Both the position numbers and the translations under genes were made by a program. This document shows, piece after piece, positions 1-14,264 of a stretch of DNA of 64,000 nucleotides. The notes under the pieces are model-generated. The model ran no database searches and was not told the DNA's origin. It saw only the letters and a list, made by a program, of their open reading frames with translations. The DNA lies in assembly GCA_964016885.1 (NCBI GenBank), contig OZ024740.1:8370001-8434000 (forward strand). Direction: 5' to 3'. The stretch comes from Eledone cirrhosa (lineage: Eukaryota). Numbering within the stretch: position 1 is the first letter of the stretch; each line of letters starts with the position of its first letter.

Positions 1-133
1 CTCTATCAAAACACACCCCCGTCCCACCACCTCCACCCCACCCACACCGGCCCTTTCAATGTAAAGTTATGTTGGTCCCACAACATCCAGGCCGAAACAA
101 ATGAGATCGTGTAGGTGTCACGATAAAAAACAC

Positions 134-358
134 ACAGTCCACGCTGTAAATGTGGCCGTGTAGGCAACACGGTAAAAACCTCCCAGCCCCACACTGTAAA
201 TGTGGTTGGTGTTAGGAAGGGCATCCAGCTGTAGAAAACCCGCCAGACAGTCCACGCTGTAATGTGGCCGTGTAGGCAACACGGTAAAAACCTCCCATCC
301 CCACACTGTAAATGTGGTTGGTGTTAGGAAGGGCATCCAACTGTAGAAAACCCGCCAG
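134..358 (+). repeat. 113/112-bp tandem duplication inside the element 3' UTR
   Basis: 134-246 and 247-358 differ at about 3 positions (TGTAAATG/TGTAATG, CAGCC/CATCC, CCAGCTG/CCAACTG). ACAGTCC occurs at 134, 247 and 359 and marks the breakpoints. Confidence 0.95.
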
Positions 359-450
359 ACAGTCCTATGCGAGCAAGACAACCACTCTTGCCTCAAGTGG
401 GAAAACCCCCGTCCAAACCCATGCAAGCGTGGAACACGGACGCTAAACCT

Positions 451-474
451 GATGATGATGATGATGATGATGAT
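451..474 (+). repeat. (GAT)8 3' microsatellite tail of the retroelement
   Basis: Read directly. Short tandem-repeat tails instead of poly(A) are typical of RTE-clade LINEs. Confidence 0.95.
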
Positions 475-3400
475 ATCAGTTTCGATTGGTATGTCAGTTT
501 CGATTGGTATATCAGTTTCGATTGGTATGTCAATTTCAATTAGTATATCAGTTTCTATTGTTATATCAGTTTCGATTGGTATGTCAGTTTCGATTAGTAT
601 ATCAGTTTCTTTAGGTATGTCAATTTCTATTGGTATATCTGTTTCGATTGGTATATCAGTTTCTATTGGTATATCAGTTTCCATTGACATATCAGTTTCG
701 ATTAGTATGTCAGTTTCTACTGGTATGTCAGTTTCGATTAGTATATCAGTTTCTATTGGTGTGTCAGTTTCTATTGGTATATCAGTTTCGATTGGTATAT
801 CAGTTTCGATTAGTATGTCAGTTTCTATTGGTATGTTAGTTTGGATTAGTATATCAGTTTCTATGGGTATATCAGTTTCGATTGGTATGTCAGTTTCAAT
901 TGGTATATCAGTTTCTATTGGTATGTCAGTTTTGATTGGTATATCAGTTTCGATTGGTATGTCAGTTTCGATTGGTATGTCAGTTTCGATTGGTATATCA
1001 GTTCCGATTGGTATGTCAGTTTCGATTGGTATGTCAGTTTCGATTGGTATTTCAGTTTCGATTGGTATGTCAGTTTCGATTGGTATGTCAATTTCGATTG
1101 GTATATCAGTTTCTATTGGTATGTCAGTTTCGAGTGGTATGTCAGTTTCTATTGGTATATCAGTTTTGATTGATATATCAGTTTCGATTAGTATGTCAGT
1201 TTCTACTGGTATGTCAGTTTCGATTAGTATATCAGTTTCTAATGGTATGTCAGTTTCTATTAGTATATCAGATTCGATTGGTATATCACTTTCGATTAGT
1301 ATGTCAGTTTCTATTGGTATATCAGTTTCGATTGGTATGTCAGTTTCGATTAGTATATCAGTTTCTATAGGTATGTCAGTTTCTATTGTTATATCAGTTT
1401 CGATTGGTATATAAGTTTAGATTAGTATGTCAGTTTCTATTGGTATATCAGTTTCGATTGGTATATTAGTTTCGATTAGTATATCAGTTTCTATAGGTAT
1501 GTTAGTTTCTATTGGTATATCAGTTTCGACTGGTATATCAGTTTGGATTAGTATGTCAGTTTCGATTGTTATGTCAGTTTCGATTTGTATATCAGTTCCG
1601 ATTGGTATGTCAGTCTCGATTGGTATGTCAGTTTCGATTGGTATATCAGTTTTGATTGGTATGTCAGTTTCAATTGGTATGTCAATTTCGATTGGTATAT
1701 CAGTTTCTATAGGTATGTCAGTTTCGATTAGTATATCAATTTCTATTGGTATGTCAGTTTCGATTAGTATATCAGTTTCTATTGGTATGTCAGTTTCTAT
1801 TGGTATATCAGCTTCGATTGGTATATCAGTTTCGATTAGTATGTCAGTTTCTAATGGTATGTCAGTTTTGATTATTATATCAGTTTATATTGGTATATCA
1901 GTTTCAATTGGTATCTCAGTTTCTATTGTTATATCAGTTTCTATTGGTATGTCAGTTTCGATAGTTATGTCAGTTTCCATTGGTATATCAGTTTCGATTG
2001 GTATGTAAGTTTCTATTGGTATGTCAGTTTCGATTGGTATATCAGTTTCGATTGGTATGTCAGTTTCTATTGTTATATCAGTTTCTATTTGTATGTCAAT
2101 TAGGATAGGTATGTCAGTTTCTATTGGTATATCAGTTTCGATTGGTATGTTAGTTTCTATTGATATGTCAGTTTTGATTGGTATATCAGTTTCTATTGGT
2201 ATGACAGTTTTGATTGGTATATCAGTTTCGATTGGTATGTCAGTTTCGATTGGTATGTCAGTTTCGATTGGTATATCAGTTCCGATTGGTATGTCAGTTT
2301 CGATTGGTATGTCAGTTTCCATTGGTATGTCAGTTTCAATTGGTATGTCAATTTCGATGTGTATATCAGTTTGTATTAGTATGTTAGTTTCTATTGGAAT
2401 ATCAGTTTCGATTGGTATATCTGTTTCGATTAGTATGTCAGTTTCTATTTGTATGTTAGTTTCGATTAGTTTATCAGTTTCTATTGGTATGTCAGTTTCT
2501 ATTGATATGTCAGTTTCGATTGGTATATCAGTTTCTATTGGTATGTCAGTTTCGATTGGTATGTCAGTTTCGATTGGTATGTGAGTTTCGATTGGTATGT
2601 CAATTTCAATTGGTATATCAGTCTCGATTGGTATGTCAGTTTCTACTGGTATGTCAGTTTCGATTAGTATATCAGTTTCGATTAGTATATCAGTTTCGAA
2701 TGGTATGTCAGTTTCTATTGGTATATCAGATTCAATTGGTATATCACTTTCGATTAGTATGTCAGTTTCTATTGGTATGTCAGTTTTGATTGGTATATCA
2801 GTTTCAATTAGTATGTCATTTTCGATTGGTATGTCAGTTTCGATTGGTTTATCAGTTCCGATTGGTATGTAAGTTTTGATTGGTATGTCAGTTTCGATTG
2901 GGATGTCAGTTTCGATTAGTATATCAGTTTCTATTGGTATGTCAGTTTCGATTGGTTTATCAATTTCGATTTGTATATCAGTTCCTATTGCTATATCAGT
3001 TTCTATTGGTATGTCAGTTTCAATTGGTATGTAAGTTTCGATTGGTATATCAGTTTCGATTGGTATGTCAGTTTCGATTGGTATATCAGTTTCGATTGGT
3101 ATGTCAATTTCAATTAGTATGTCAGTTTCTATTGGTATATCAGTTTCGATTGGTATGTCAGTTTTGATTAGTATATCAGTTTCTATAGGTATGTCAGTTT
3201 CTATTGTTATATCAGTTTCGATTGGTATATCTGTTTCGATGGTATGTCAGTTTCGATTGGTATATCAGTTTCTATTGGTATATCAGTTTCGATTAATATA
3301 TCAGTTTCTATTGCTATGTCAGTTTCTATTGGTATGTCAGTTTCGATTGGTATGTCAGTTTCTATTGGTATGTCAATTTCGATTGGTATATAAGTTTAGA

Positions 3401-6400
3401 TTAGTATGTCAGTTTCTATTGGTATATCAGTTTCGATTGGTATATTAGTTTCGATTAGTATATCAGTTTCTATAGGTATGTTAGTTTCTATTGGTATATC
3501 AGTTCCGACTGGTATATCAGTTTCGATTGGTATATCAGTTTCGATTGGTATATCAGCTTCGATTAGTATCTCAATTTCTATTGGTATGTCAGTTTCGATT
3601 AGTATATCAGTTTCTATTGGTATGTCAGTTTCTATTGGTATATCAGCTTCGATTGGTATGTCAGTTTCGATTAGTATATCAGTTTATATTGGTATATCAG
3701 TTTCGATTGGTATCTCAGTTTCTATTGTTATATCAGTTTCTATTGGTATGTCAGTTTCGATAGGTATGTCAGTTTCTATTGGTATATCAGTTTCAATTGG
3801 TATGTAAGTTTCGATTGATGTATCAGTTTCGATTGGTATGTCAGTTTCGATTGGTATATCAGTTTCGATTGGTATATCAGTTTCGATTTGTATGTCAGTT
3901 TCGATTAGTATATCAGTTTCGATTAGTATGTCAGTTACTACTGGTATGTCAGTTTTGATTAGTATATCAGTTTCTATCGGTATGTCAGTTTCTATTGGTG
4001 TATCAGTTTCGATTGGTATATCAGTTTCGATTAGTATCTCAGTTTCTATTGGTATGTTAGTTTCCATTAGTATATCAGTTTCTATTGGTATGTCAGTTTC
4101 GATCAGTATGTCAGTTTCTATTGATATATCAGTTTCGATTGGTATATCAGTTTCGATTGGTATATCAGTTTCGATTGGTATGTCAGTTTCTATTGGTATA
4201 TCAATTTCTATTGGTATGTCAGTTTTGATTGGTATATCAGTTTCGATTGGTATGTGAGTTTCGATTGGTATGTCAGTTTCGGTTGGTATATCAGTTCCGA
4301 TTGGTATGTCAGTTTCGATTGGTATGTCAGTTTCGATTGGTATGTCAGTTTCGATTGGTATGTCAATTTCGATTGGTATATCAGTTTCTATTTGTATGTC
4401 AGTTTCGAGTGGTATGTCAGTTTCTATTGGTATATTAGTTTCGATTGATATATCAGTTTCGATTAGTATGTCAGTTTCTACTGGTATGTCAGTTTCGATT
4501 AGTATATCAGTTTCGATTAGTATATCAGTTTCGAATGGTATGTCAGTTTCTATTGGTATGTCAGTTTTGATTGGTATATCAGTTTCAATTAGTATGTCAG
4601 TTTCGATTGGTATGTCAGTTTCGATTGGTTTATCAGTTCCGATTGGTATGTAAGTTTTGATTGGTATGTCAGTTTCGATTAGGATGTCAGTTTCGATTAG
4701 TATATCAGTTTCTATTGGTATGTCAGTTTCGATTGGTTTATCAATTTCGATTTGTATATCAGTTCCTATTGCTATATCAGTTTCCATTGGTATGTCAGTT
4801 TCAATTGGTATGTAAGTTTCGATTGGTATATCAGTTTCGATTGGTATATCAGTTTCTATTGGTATGTCAGTTTCTAATGGTATATCAGTTTCGATTGGTA
4901 TATCAGTTTTGATTAGTATGTCAGTTTCTATTGGTATGTTAGTTTCGATTAGTATATCAGTTTCTATTGGTATGTCAGGTTCGATTGGTATGTCAGTTTC
5001 TATTGATATATCAGTTTCGATTGGTATGTCAGTTTCTATTGGTATATCAGTTTCTATTGGTATGTCAGTTTTGATTGGTATATCAGTTTCGATTGGTATG
5101 TCAGTTTCGATTGGTATGTCAGTTTCGATTGGTATATCAGTTCCGATTGGTATGTCAGTTTCGATTGGTATGTCAGTTTCGATTGGAATATCAGTTTCGA
5201 TTGGTATGTCAGTTTCGATTGGTATGTCAATTTCGATTGGTATATCAGTTTCTATTGGTATGTCAGTTTCGAGTGGTATGTCAGTTTCTATTGGTATATC
5301 AGTTTCGATTTGTATATCAGTTCCTATTGCTATATCTGTTTCTATTGGTATGTCAGTTTCAATTGGTATGTCAGTTTCGATTGGATTGTCAGTTTCGATT
5401 GGTTTATCAGTTCCGATTGGTATGTAAGTTTTAATTGGTATGTCAGTTTCGATTGGTATATCAGTTTCGATTGGTATATCAGTTTCTATTGGTATGTCAG
5501 GTTCTATTGTTATATCAGTTTCGATTGGTATATCAGCTTCGATTAGTATATCAATTTCTATTGGTATGTCAGTTTCGATTAGTATATCAGTTTCTATTGG
5601 TATGTCAGTTTCTATTGGTATATCCGCTTCGATTGGTATATCAGTTTCGATTAGTATGTCAGTTTCTAATTGTATGTCAGTTTCGATTAGTATATCAGTT
5701 TATATTGGTATATCAGTTTCGATTAGTATGTCAGTTTCTAATTGTATGTCAGTTTCGATTAGTATATCAGTTTATATTGGTATATCAGTTTCGATTGGTA
5801 TCTCAGTTTCTATTGTTATATCAGTTTCTATTGGTATGTCAGTTTCGATAGGTATGTCAGTTTCGATTGGGATGTCAGTTTCGATTAGTATATCAGTTTC
5901 TATTGGTATGTCAGTTTCGATTGGTTTATCAATTTCGATTTGTATATCAGTTCCTATTGCTATATCAGTTTCCATTGGTATGTCAGTTTCAATTGGTATG
6001 TAAGTTTCGATTGGTATATCATTTTCGATTGGTATATCAGTTTCTATTGGTATGTCAGTTTCTAATGGTATATCAGTTTCGATTGGTATATCAGTTTCGA
6101 TTAGTATGTCAGTTTCTATTGGTATGTTAGTTTCGATTAGTATATCAGTTTCTATTGGTATGTCAGGTTCGATTGGTATGTCAGTTTCTATTGATATATC
6201 AGTTTCGATTGGTATGTCAGTTTCTATTGGTATATCAGTTTCTATTGGTATGTCAGTTTTGATTGGTATATCAGTTTCGATTGGTATGTCAGTTTCGATT
6301 GGTATGTCAGTTTCGATTGGTATATCAGTTCCGATTGGTATGTCAGTTTCGATTGGTATGTCAGTTTCGATTGGTATATCAGTTTCGATTGGTATGTCAG

Positions 6401-9400
6401 TTTCAATTGGTATGTCAATTTCGATTGGTATATCAGTTTCTATTGGTATGTCAGTTTCGAGTGGTATGTCAGTTTCTATTGGTATATCAGTTTCGATTTG
6501 TATATCAGTTCCTATTGCTATATCTGTTTCTATTGGTATGTCAGTTTCAATTGGTATGTCAGTTTCGATTGGATTGTCAGTTTCGATTGGTTTATCAGTT
6601 CCGATTGGTATGTAAGTTTTAATTGGTATGTCAGTTTCGATTGGTATATCAGTTTCGATTGGTATATCAGTTTCTATTGGTATGTCAGGTTCTATTGTTA
6701 TATCAGTTTCGATTGGTATATCAGCTTCGATTAGTATATCAATTTCTATTGGTATGTCAGTTTCGATTAGTATATCAGTTTCTATTGGTATGTCAGTTTC
6801 TATTGGTATATCCGCTTCGATTGGTATATCAGTTTCGATTAGTATGTCAGTTTCTAATTGTATGTCAGTTTCGATTAGTATATCAGTTTATATTGGTATA
6901 TCAGTTTCGATTAGTATGTCAGTTTCTAATTGTATGTCAGTTTCGATTAGTATATCAGTTTATATTGGTATATCAGTTTCGATTGGTATCTCAGTTTCTA
7001 TTGTTATATCAGTTTCTATTGGTATGTCAGTTTCGATAGGTATGTCAGTTTGTATTGGTATATCAGTTTCGATTGGTATGTAAGTTTCTATTGGTATGTC
7101 AGTTTCGATTGGTATATCAGTTTCGAATGGTATGTCAGTTTCTATTGTTATATCAGTTTCTATTTGTATGTCAATTAGGATAGGTATGTTAGTTTCTATT
7201 GGTATATCAGTTTCGATTGGTATGTCAGTTTCTATTGGTATGTCAGTTTCTATTGGTATATCAGTTTCTATTGGTATGTCAGTTTTGATTGGTATATCAG
7301 TTTCGATTGGTATGTCAGTTTCGATTGGTATGTCAGTTTCGATTGGTAAATCAGTTCCGATTGGTATGTCTGTTTCGATTGGTATGTCAGTTTCGATTGG
7401 TATGTCTGTTTCGATTGGTATATCAATTTCGATGTGTATATCAGTTTCTATTAATATGTTAGTTTCTATTGGAATATCAGTTTTGATTGGTATATCTGTT
7501 TCGATTAGTATTTCAGTTTCGATTGGTATATCAGTTTCTATTGGTATGTCAGTTTCTATTGGTATGTCAGTTGCTATTGGGATATCAGTTTCGATTGGTA
7601 TGTCAGTTTTTGATTGGTATATCAGTTTCGATTTGTATATCAGTTCCTATTGCTATATCAGTTTCTATTGGTATGTCAGTTTCAATTGGTATGTAAGTTT
7701 CGATTGATGTATCAGTTTCGATTGGTATGTCAGTTTTTGATTGGTATATCAGTTTCGATTGGTATGTCAATTTCAATTAGTATATCAGTTTCTATTGGTA
7801 TAACAGTTTCGATTTGTATGTCAGTTTCGAATAGTATATCAGTTTCTATAGGTATGTCAATTTCTATTGATATATCAGTTTCTATTGGTATATCAGTTTC
7901 GATTGAAATATCAGTTTCGATTAGTATGTCAGTTTCTACTGGTATGTCAGTTTCGATTAGTATATCAGTTTCTATTGGTATGTCAGTTTCTAATGGTATA
8001 TCAGTTTCGATTGGTATATCAGTTTCGATTAGTATGTCAGTTTCTATTGGTATGTTAGTTTCGATTAGTATATCAGTTTCTATTGGTATGTCAGTTTCGA
8101 TTGGTATGTCAGTTTCTATTGATATATCAGTTTCGATTGGTATGTCAGTTTCTATTGGTATATCAGTATCTATTGGTATGTCAGTTTTGATTGGTATATC
8201 AGTTTCGATTGGTATGTCAGTTTCGATTGGTATGTCAGTTTCAATTGGTATATCAGTTCCAATTGGTAGGTCAGTTTCGATTGGTATGTCAGTTTCGATT
8301 GGTATATCAGTTTCTATTGGTATGTCAGTTTCGAGTGGTATGTCAGTTTCTATTGGTATATCAGTTTCGATTTGTATATCAGTTCCTATTGCTATATCTG
8401 TTTCTATGGGTATGTCAGTTTCAATTGGTATGTCAGTTTCGATTGGATTGTCAGTTTCGATTGGTTTATCAGTTCCGATTGGTATGTAAGTTTTGATTGG
8501 TATGTCAGTTTCGATTGGTATATCAGTTTCGATTGGTATATCAGTTTCTATTGGTATGTCAGTTTCTACTGGTATGTCAGTTTTGATTGGTATATCAGTT
8601 TCGATTGGTATGTCAGTTTCGATTGGTATGTCAGTTTCGATTGGCATATCAGTTCCGATTGGTATGTCAGTTTCGATTGGTATGTCAGTTTCGATTGGTA
8701 TGTCAGTTTTGATTGGTATGTCAATTTCGATGTGTATATCAGTTTCTATTAGAATGTTAGTTTCTATTGGAATATCAGTTTCGATTGGTATATCTGTTTC
8801 GATTAGTATTTCAGTTTCTATTTGTATGTTAGTTTCGATTAGTATATCAGTTTCAATTGGTATGTCAGTTTCGATCGGTATGTCAGTTTCTATTGATATA
8901 TCAGTTTCGATTGGTATATCAGTTTCGATTGGTATATCAGTTTCATTGGTATGTCAGTTTCTATTGGTATATCAGTTTCTATTGGTATGTCAGTTTTGAT
9001 TGGTATATCAGTTTCGATTGGTATGTCAGTTTCGATTGGTATGTCAGTTTCGATTGGTATATCAGTTTCGATTGGTATGTCAGTTTCGATTGGTATGTCA
9101 ATTTCAATTGGTATATCAGTTTCTATTGGTATGTCAGTTTCATCTGGTATGTCAGTTTCGATTAGTATATCAGTTTCTATTGGTATGTCAGTTTCGATTT
9201 GTATATCAGTTTCGATTTGTATATCAGTTCCTATTGCTATATCTGTTTCTATTGGTATGTCAGTTTCAATTGGTATGTCAGTTTCGTTTGGATTGTCAGT
9301 TTCGATTGGTTTATCAGTTCCGATTGGTATGTAAGTTTTGATTGGTGTGTCAGTTTCGATTGGTATATCAGTTTCGATTGGTATATCAGTTTCTATTGGT

Positions 9401-12400
9401 ATGTCAGTTTCTATTGGTATGTCAGTTTCTATTGGGATATCAGTTTCGATTGGTATATCTGTTTCGATTGATATATCAGTTTCGAATAGTATGTCAGTTT
9501 CTACTGGTATGTCAGTTTCGATTAGTATATCAGTTTCTATTGGTATGTCAGTTTCGATTGGTATAACAGTTTCGATTTGTATATCAGGTCCTATTGCTAT
9601 ATCAGTTTCTATTGGTATGACAGTTTCAATTGGTATGTAAGTTTCGATTGATGCATCAGTTTCGATTGGTATGTCAGTTTCGATTGGTATATTAGTTTCG
9701 ATTGGTATGTCAATTTCAATTAGTATATCAGTTTCTATTGGTATATAAGTTTCGATTTGTATGTCAGTTTCGATTAGTATATCAGTTTCTATAGGTATGT
9801 CAATTTCTATTGGTATATCAGTTTCTATTGGTATATCAGTTTCGATTGATATATCAGTTTCGATTAGTATGTCAGTTTCTACTGGTATGTCAGTTTCGAT
9901 TAGTATATCAGTTTCTATTGGTATGTCAGTTTCTAATGGTATATCAGTTTCGATTGGTATATCAGTTTTGATTAGTATGTCAGTTTCTATTGGTATGTTA
10001 GTTTCGATTAGTATATCAGTTTCTATTGGTATGTCAGTTTCGATCGGTATGTCAGTTTCTATTGGTATATCAGTTTCGATTGGTATGTCAGTTTCGATTG
10101 GTATGTCAATTTCGATTGGTATATCAGTTTCTATTGGTATGTCAGTTTCGAGTGGTATGTCAGTTTCTATTGGTATATCAGTTTCGATTGATATATCAGT
10201 TTCGATTAGTATGTCAGTTTCTACTGTTATGTCAGTTTCGATTAGTATATCAGTTTCTAATGGTATGTCGGTTTCTATTGGTATATCAGATTCGATTGGT
10301 ATATCACTTTCGATTAGTATGTCAGTTCCGATTGGTATGACAGTTTTGATTGGTATATCAGTTTCGATTGGTATGTCAGTTTCGATTGGTATGTCAGTTT
10401 CGATTGGTATGTCAGTTTCGATTGGTATGTCAGTTTCGATGTGTATATCAGTTTCTATTAGTATGTTAGTTTCTATTGGAATATCAGTTTCGATTGGTAT
10501 ATCTGTTTCGATTAGTATTTCAGTTTCTATTTGTATGTTAGTTTCGATTAGTATATCAGTTTCAATTGGTATGTCAGTTTCGATCGGTATGTCAGTTTCT
10601 ATTGATATATCAGTTTCGATTGGTATATCAGTTTCGATTGGTATATCAGTTTCATTGGTATGTCAGTTTCTATTGGTATATCAGTTTCTATTGGTATGTC
10701 AGTTTTGATTGGTATATCAGTTTCGATTGGTATGTCAGTTTCGATTGGTATGTCAGTTTCGATTGGTATATCAGTTTCGATTGGTATGTCAGTTTCGATT
10801 GGTATGTCAATTTCAATTGGTATATCAGTTTCTATTGGTATGTCAGTTTCGTGTGGTATGTCAGTTTCTATTGGTATATAAGTTTTCGATTGATATATCA
10901 GTTTCGATTAGTATGTCAGTTTCATCTGGTATGTCAGTTTCCATTAGTATATCAGTTTCTATTGGTATGTCAGTTTTGATTGGTATATCAGTTTCGATTT
11001 GTATATCAGTTCCTATTGCTATATCTGTTTCTATTGGTATGTCAGTTTCAATTGGTATGTCAGTTTCGTTTGGATTGTCAGTTTCGATTGGTTTATCAGT
11101 TCCGATTGGTATGTAAGTTTTGATTGGTATGTCAGTTTCGATTGGTATATCAGTTTCGATTGGTATATCAATTTCTATTGGTATGTCAGTTTCTAATGGT
11201 ATATCAGTTTCGATTGGTATATCAGTTTTGATTAGTATGTCAGTTTCTATTGGTATGTCAGTTTTGATTGGTATGTCAGTTTCGATTGGTATGTCAGTTT
11301 CTATTGATATATCAGTTTCGATAGGTATGTCAGTTTCTATTGGTATATCAGTTTCTATTGGTATGTCAGTTTTGATTGGTATATCAGTTTCGATTGGTAT
11401 GTCAGTTTCGATTGGTATGTCAGTTTCGATTGGTATATCAGTTCCGATTGGTATGTCAGTTTCGATTGGTACGTCAGTTTCGATTGGTATATCAGTTTCG
11501 ATTGGTATGTCAGTTTCGACTGGTATGTCAATTTCGATTGGTATATCAGTTTCTATTGGTATGTCAGTTTCGAGTTGTATGTCAGTTTCTATTGGTATAT
11601 CAGTTTCGATTTGTATATCAGTTCCTATTGCTATATCTGTTTCTATTGGTATGTCAGTTTCAATTGGTATGTCACTTTCGATTGGATTGTCAGTTTTGAT
11701 TGGTTTATCAGTTCCGATTGGTATGTAAGTTTTGATTGGTATGTCAGTTTCGATTGGTATATCAGTTTCGATTGGTATATCAGTTTCTATTGGTATGTCA
11801 GGTTCTATTGGTATATCAGTTTCGATTGGTATATCAGCTTCGATTAGTATATCAATTTCTATTGGTATGTCAGTTTCGATTACTATATCAGTTTCTATTG
11901 GTATGTCAGTTATATTGGTATATCCGCTTCGATTGGTATATCAGTTTCGATTAGTATGTCAGTTTCTAATTGTATGTCAGTTTCGATTAGTATATCAGTT
12001 TATATTGGTATATCAGTTTCGATTGGTATCTCAGTTTCTATTGTTATATCAGTTTCTATTGGTATGTCAGTTTCGATAGGTATGTCAGTTTCTATTGGTA
12101 TATCAGTTTCGATTGGTATGTAAGTTTCTATTGGTATGTCAGTTTCGATTGGTATATCAGTTTCGAATGGTATGTCAGTTTCTATTGTTATATCAGTTTC
12201 TATTTGTATGTCAATTAGGATATGTATGTTAGTTTCTATTGGTATATCAGTTTCGATTTGTATATCAGTTCCTATTGCTATATCTGTTTCTATTGGTATG
12301 TCAGTTTCAATTGGTATGTCAGTTTCGTTTGGATTGTCAGTTTCGATTGGTTTATCAGTTCCGATTGGTATGTAAGTTTTGATTGGTATGTCAGTTTCGA

Positions 12401-14264
12401 TTGGTATATCAGTTTCGATTGGTATATCAGTTTCTATTGGTATGTCAGTTTCTAATGGTATATCAGTTTCGATTGGTATATCAGTTTCGATTAGTATGTC
12501 AGTTTCTATTGGTATGTTAGTTTCGATTAGTATATCACTTTCTATTGGTATGTCAGTTTCGATTGGTATGTCAGTTTCTATTGATATATCAGTTTCGATT
12601 GGTATGTCAGTTTCTATTGGTATATCAGTTTCTATTGGTATGTCAGTTTTGATTGGTATATCAGTTTCGATTGGTATGTCAGTTTCGATTGGTATGTCAG
12701 TTTCGATTGGTATATCAGATCCGATTGGTATGTCAGTTTCGATTGGTACGTCAGTTTCGATAGCTATATCAGTTTCGATTGGTATGTCAGTTTCGATTGG
12801 TATGTCAATTTCGATTGGTATATCAGTTTCTATTGGTATGTCAGTTTCGAGTGGTATGTCAGTTTCTATTGGTATATCAGTTTCGATTTGTATATCAGTT
12901 CCTATTGCTATATCTGTTTCTATTGGTATGTCAGTTTCAATTGGTATGTCAGTTTCGATTGGATTGTCAGTTTCGATTGGTTTCTCAGTTCCGATTGGTA
13001 TGTAAGTTTTGATTGGTATGTCAGTTTCGATTGGTATATCAGTTTCGATTGGTATATCAGTTTCTATTGGTATGTCAGGTTCTATTGGTATATCAGTTTC
13101 GATTGGTATATCAGCTTCGATTAGTATATCAATTTCTATTGGTATGTCAGTTTCGATTAGTATATCAGTTTCTATTGGTATGTCAGTTTCTATTGGTATA
13201 TCCGCTTCGATTGGTATATCAGTTTCGATTAGTATGTCAGTTTCTAATTGTATGTCAGTTTCGATTAGTATATCAGTTTATATTGGTATATCAGTTTCGA
13301 TTGGTATCTCAGTTTCTATTGTTATATCAGTTTCTATTGTTATGTCAGTTTCGATAGGTATGTCAGTTTCTATTGGTATATCAGTTTCGATTGGTATGTA
13401 AGTTTCTATTGGTATGTCAGTTTCGATTGGTATATCAGTTTCGAATGGTATGTCAGTTTCTATTGTTATATCAGTTTCTATTTGTATGTCAATTAGGATA
13501 GGTATGTTAGTTTCTATTGGTATATCAGTTTCGATTGGTATGTCAGTTTCTATTGGTATGTCAGTTTCTATTGGTATATCAGTTTCTATTGGTATGTCAG
13601 TTTTGATTGGTATATCAGTTTCGATTGGTATGTCAGTTTCGATTGGTATGTCAGTTTCGATTGGTAAATCAGTTCCGATTGGTATGTCAGTTTCGATTGG
13701 TATGTCAGTTTCGATTGGTATGTCAGTTTCGATTGGTATATCAATTTCGATGTGTATATCAGTTTCTATTAATATGTTAGTTTCTATTGGAATATCAGTT
13801 TTGATTGGTATATCTGTTTCGATTAGTATTTTAGTTTCGATTGGTATATCAGTTTCTATTGGTATGTCAGTTTCTATTGGTATGTCAGTTTCTATTGGGA
13901 TATCAGTTTCGATTGGTATATCAGTTTCGATTGATATATCAGTTTCGAATAGTATGTCAGTTTCTACTGGTATGTCAGTTTCGATTAGTATATCAGTTTC
14001 TATTGGTATGTCAGTTTCGATTGGTATATCAGTTTCGATTTGTATATCAGTTCCTATTGCTATATCAGTTTCTATTGGTATGTCAGTTTCAATTGGTATG
14101 TAAGTTTCGATTGATGTATCAGTTTCGATTGGTATGTTAGTTTTTGATTGGTATATCAGTTTCGATTGGTATGTCAATTTCAATTAGTATATCAGTTTCT
14201 ATTGGTATATCAGTTTCGATTTGTATGTCAGTTTCGAATAGTATATCAGTTTCTATAGGTATGT
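473..14264 (+). repeat. 18-bp satellite array, segment 1; consensus TCAGTTTC(G/T)ATTGGTAT(G/A)
   Basis: Continuous 18-nt periodicity with single-base variants and occasional 17/19-nt monomers. The 6-aa periodic translation appears in all open frames. Confidence 0.99.
4670..7040 (+). repeat. Higher-order tandem duplication, 1188 bp (66 monomers) x2; boundaries approximate
   Basis: Near-identical ORF-track strings at a constant offset of 1188 (4864/6052, 5075/6263, 5310/6498, 5435/6623, 5440/6628). Shared rare variant TCCGCTTCG at ~5623 and ~6811. Confidence 0.9.

Larger units (their letters stand above)
1..474 (+). mobile_element. 3' end (3' UTR + GAT tail) of an RTE-related non-LTR element; a different subfamily from the copies at 14.3 and 39.0 kb; 5' part lies outside the window
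   Basis: Shares blocks with the 3' UTR of the 14265-17446 LINE: CCCACACTGTAAA, GGTTGGTGTTAGGAAGGGCATCCAGCTGTAGAAA and AACCCATGC(A/T)AGCGTGGAA..ACGGACG. Ends in (GAT)8 at 451-474, which runs straight into the satellite. The spacers between blocks differ. Could be a LINE or a SINE carrying a LINE tail. Confidence 0.88.

Noticed and set aside
85-456. Hammerhead ribozyme (GCCGAAAC at ~91 and CTGATGA at ~449)
   Set aside because: The two core motifs are ~350 nt apart without the required flanking stems, and the CTGATGA is just the start of the GAT tail.
2095-2112. TTAGG in the variant TCAATTAGGATAGG as a telomeric repeat
   Set aside because: It is a single rare monomer variant spread by duplication. 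There is no (TTAGG)n or (TTAGGG)n tract, and nothing in the window shows a chromosome end.
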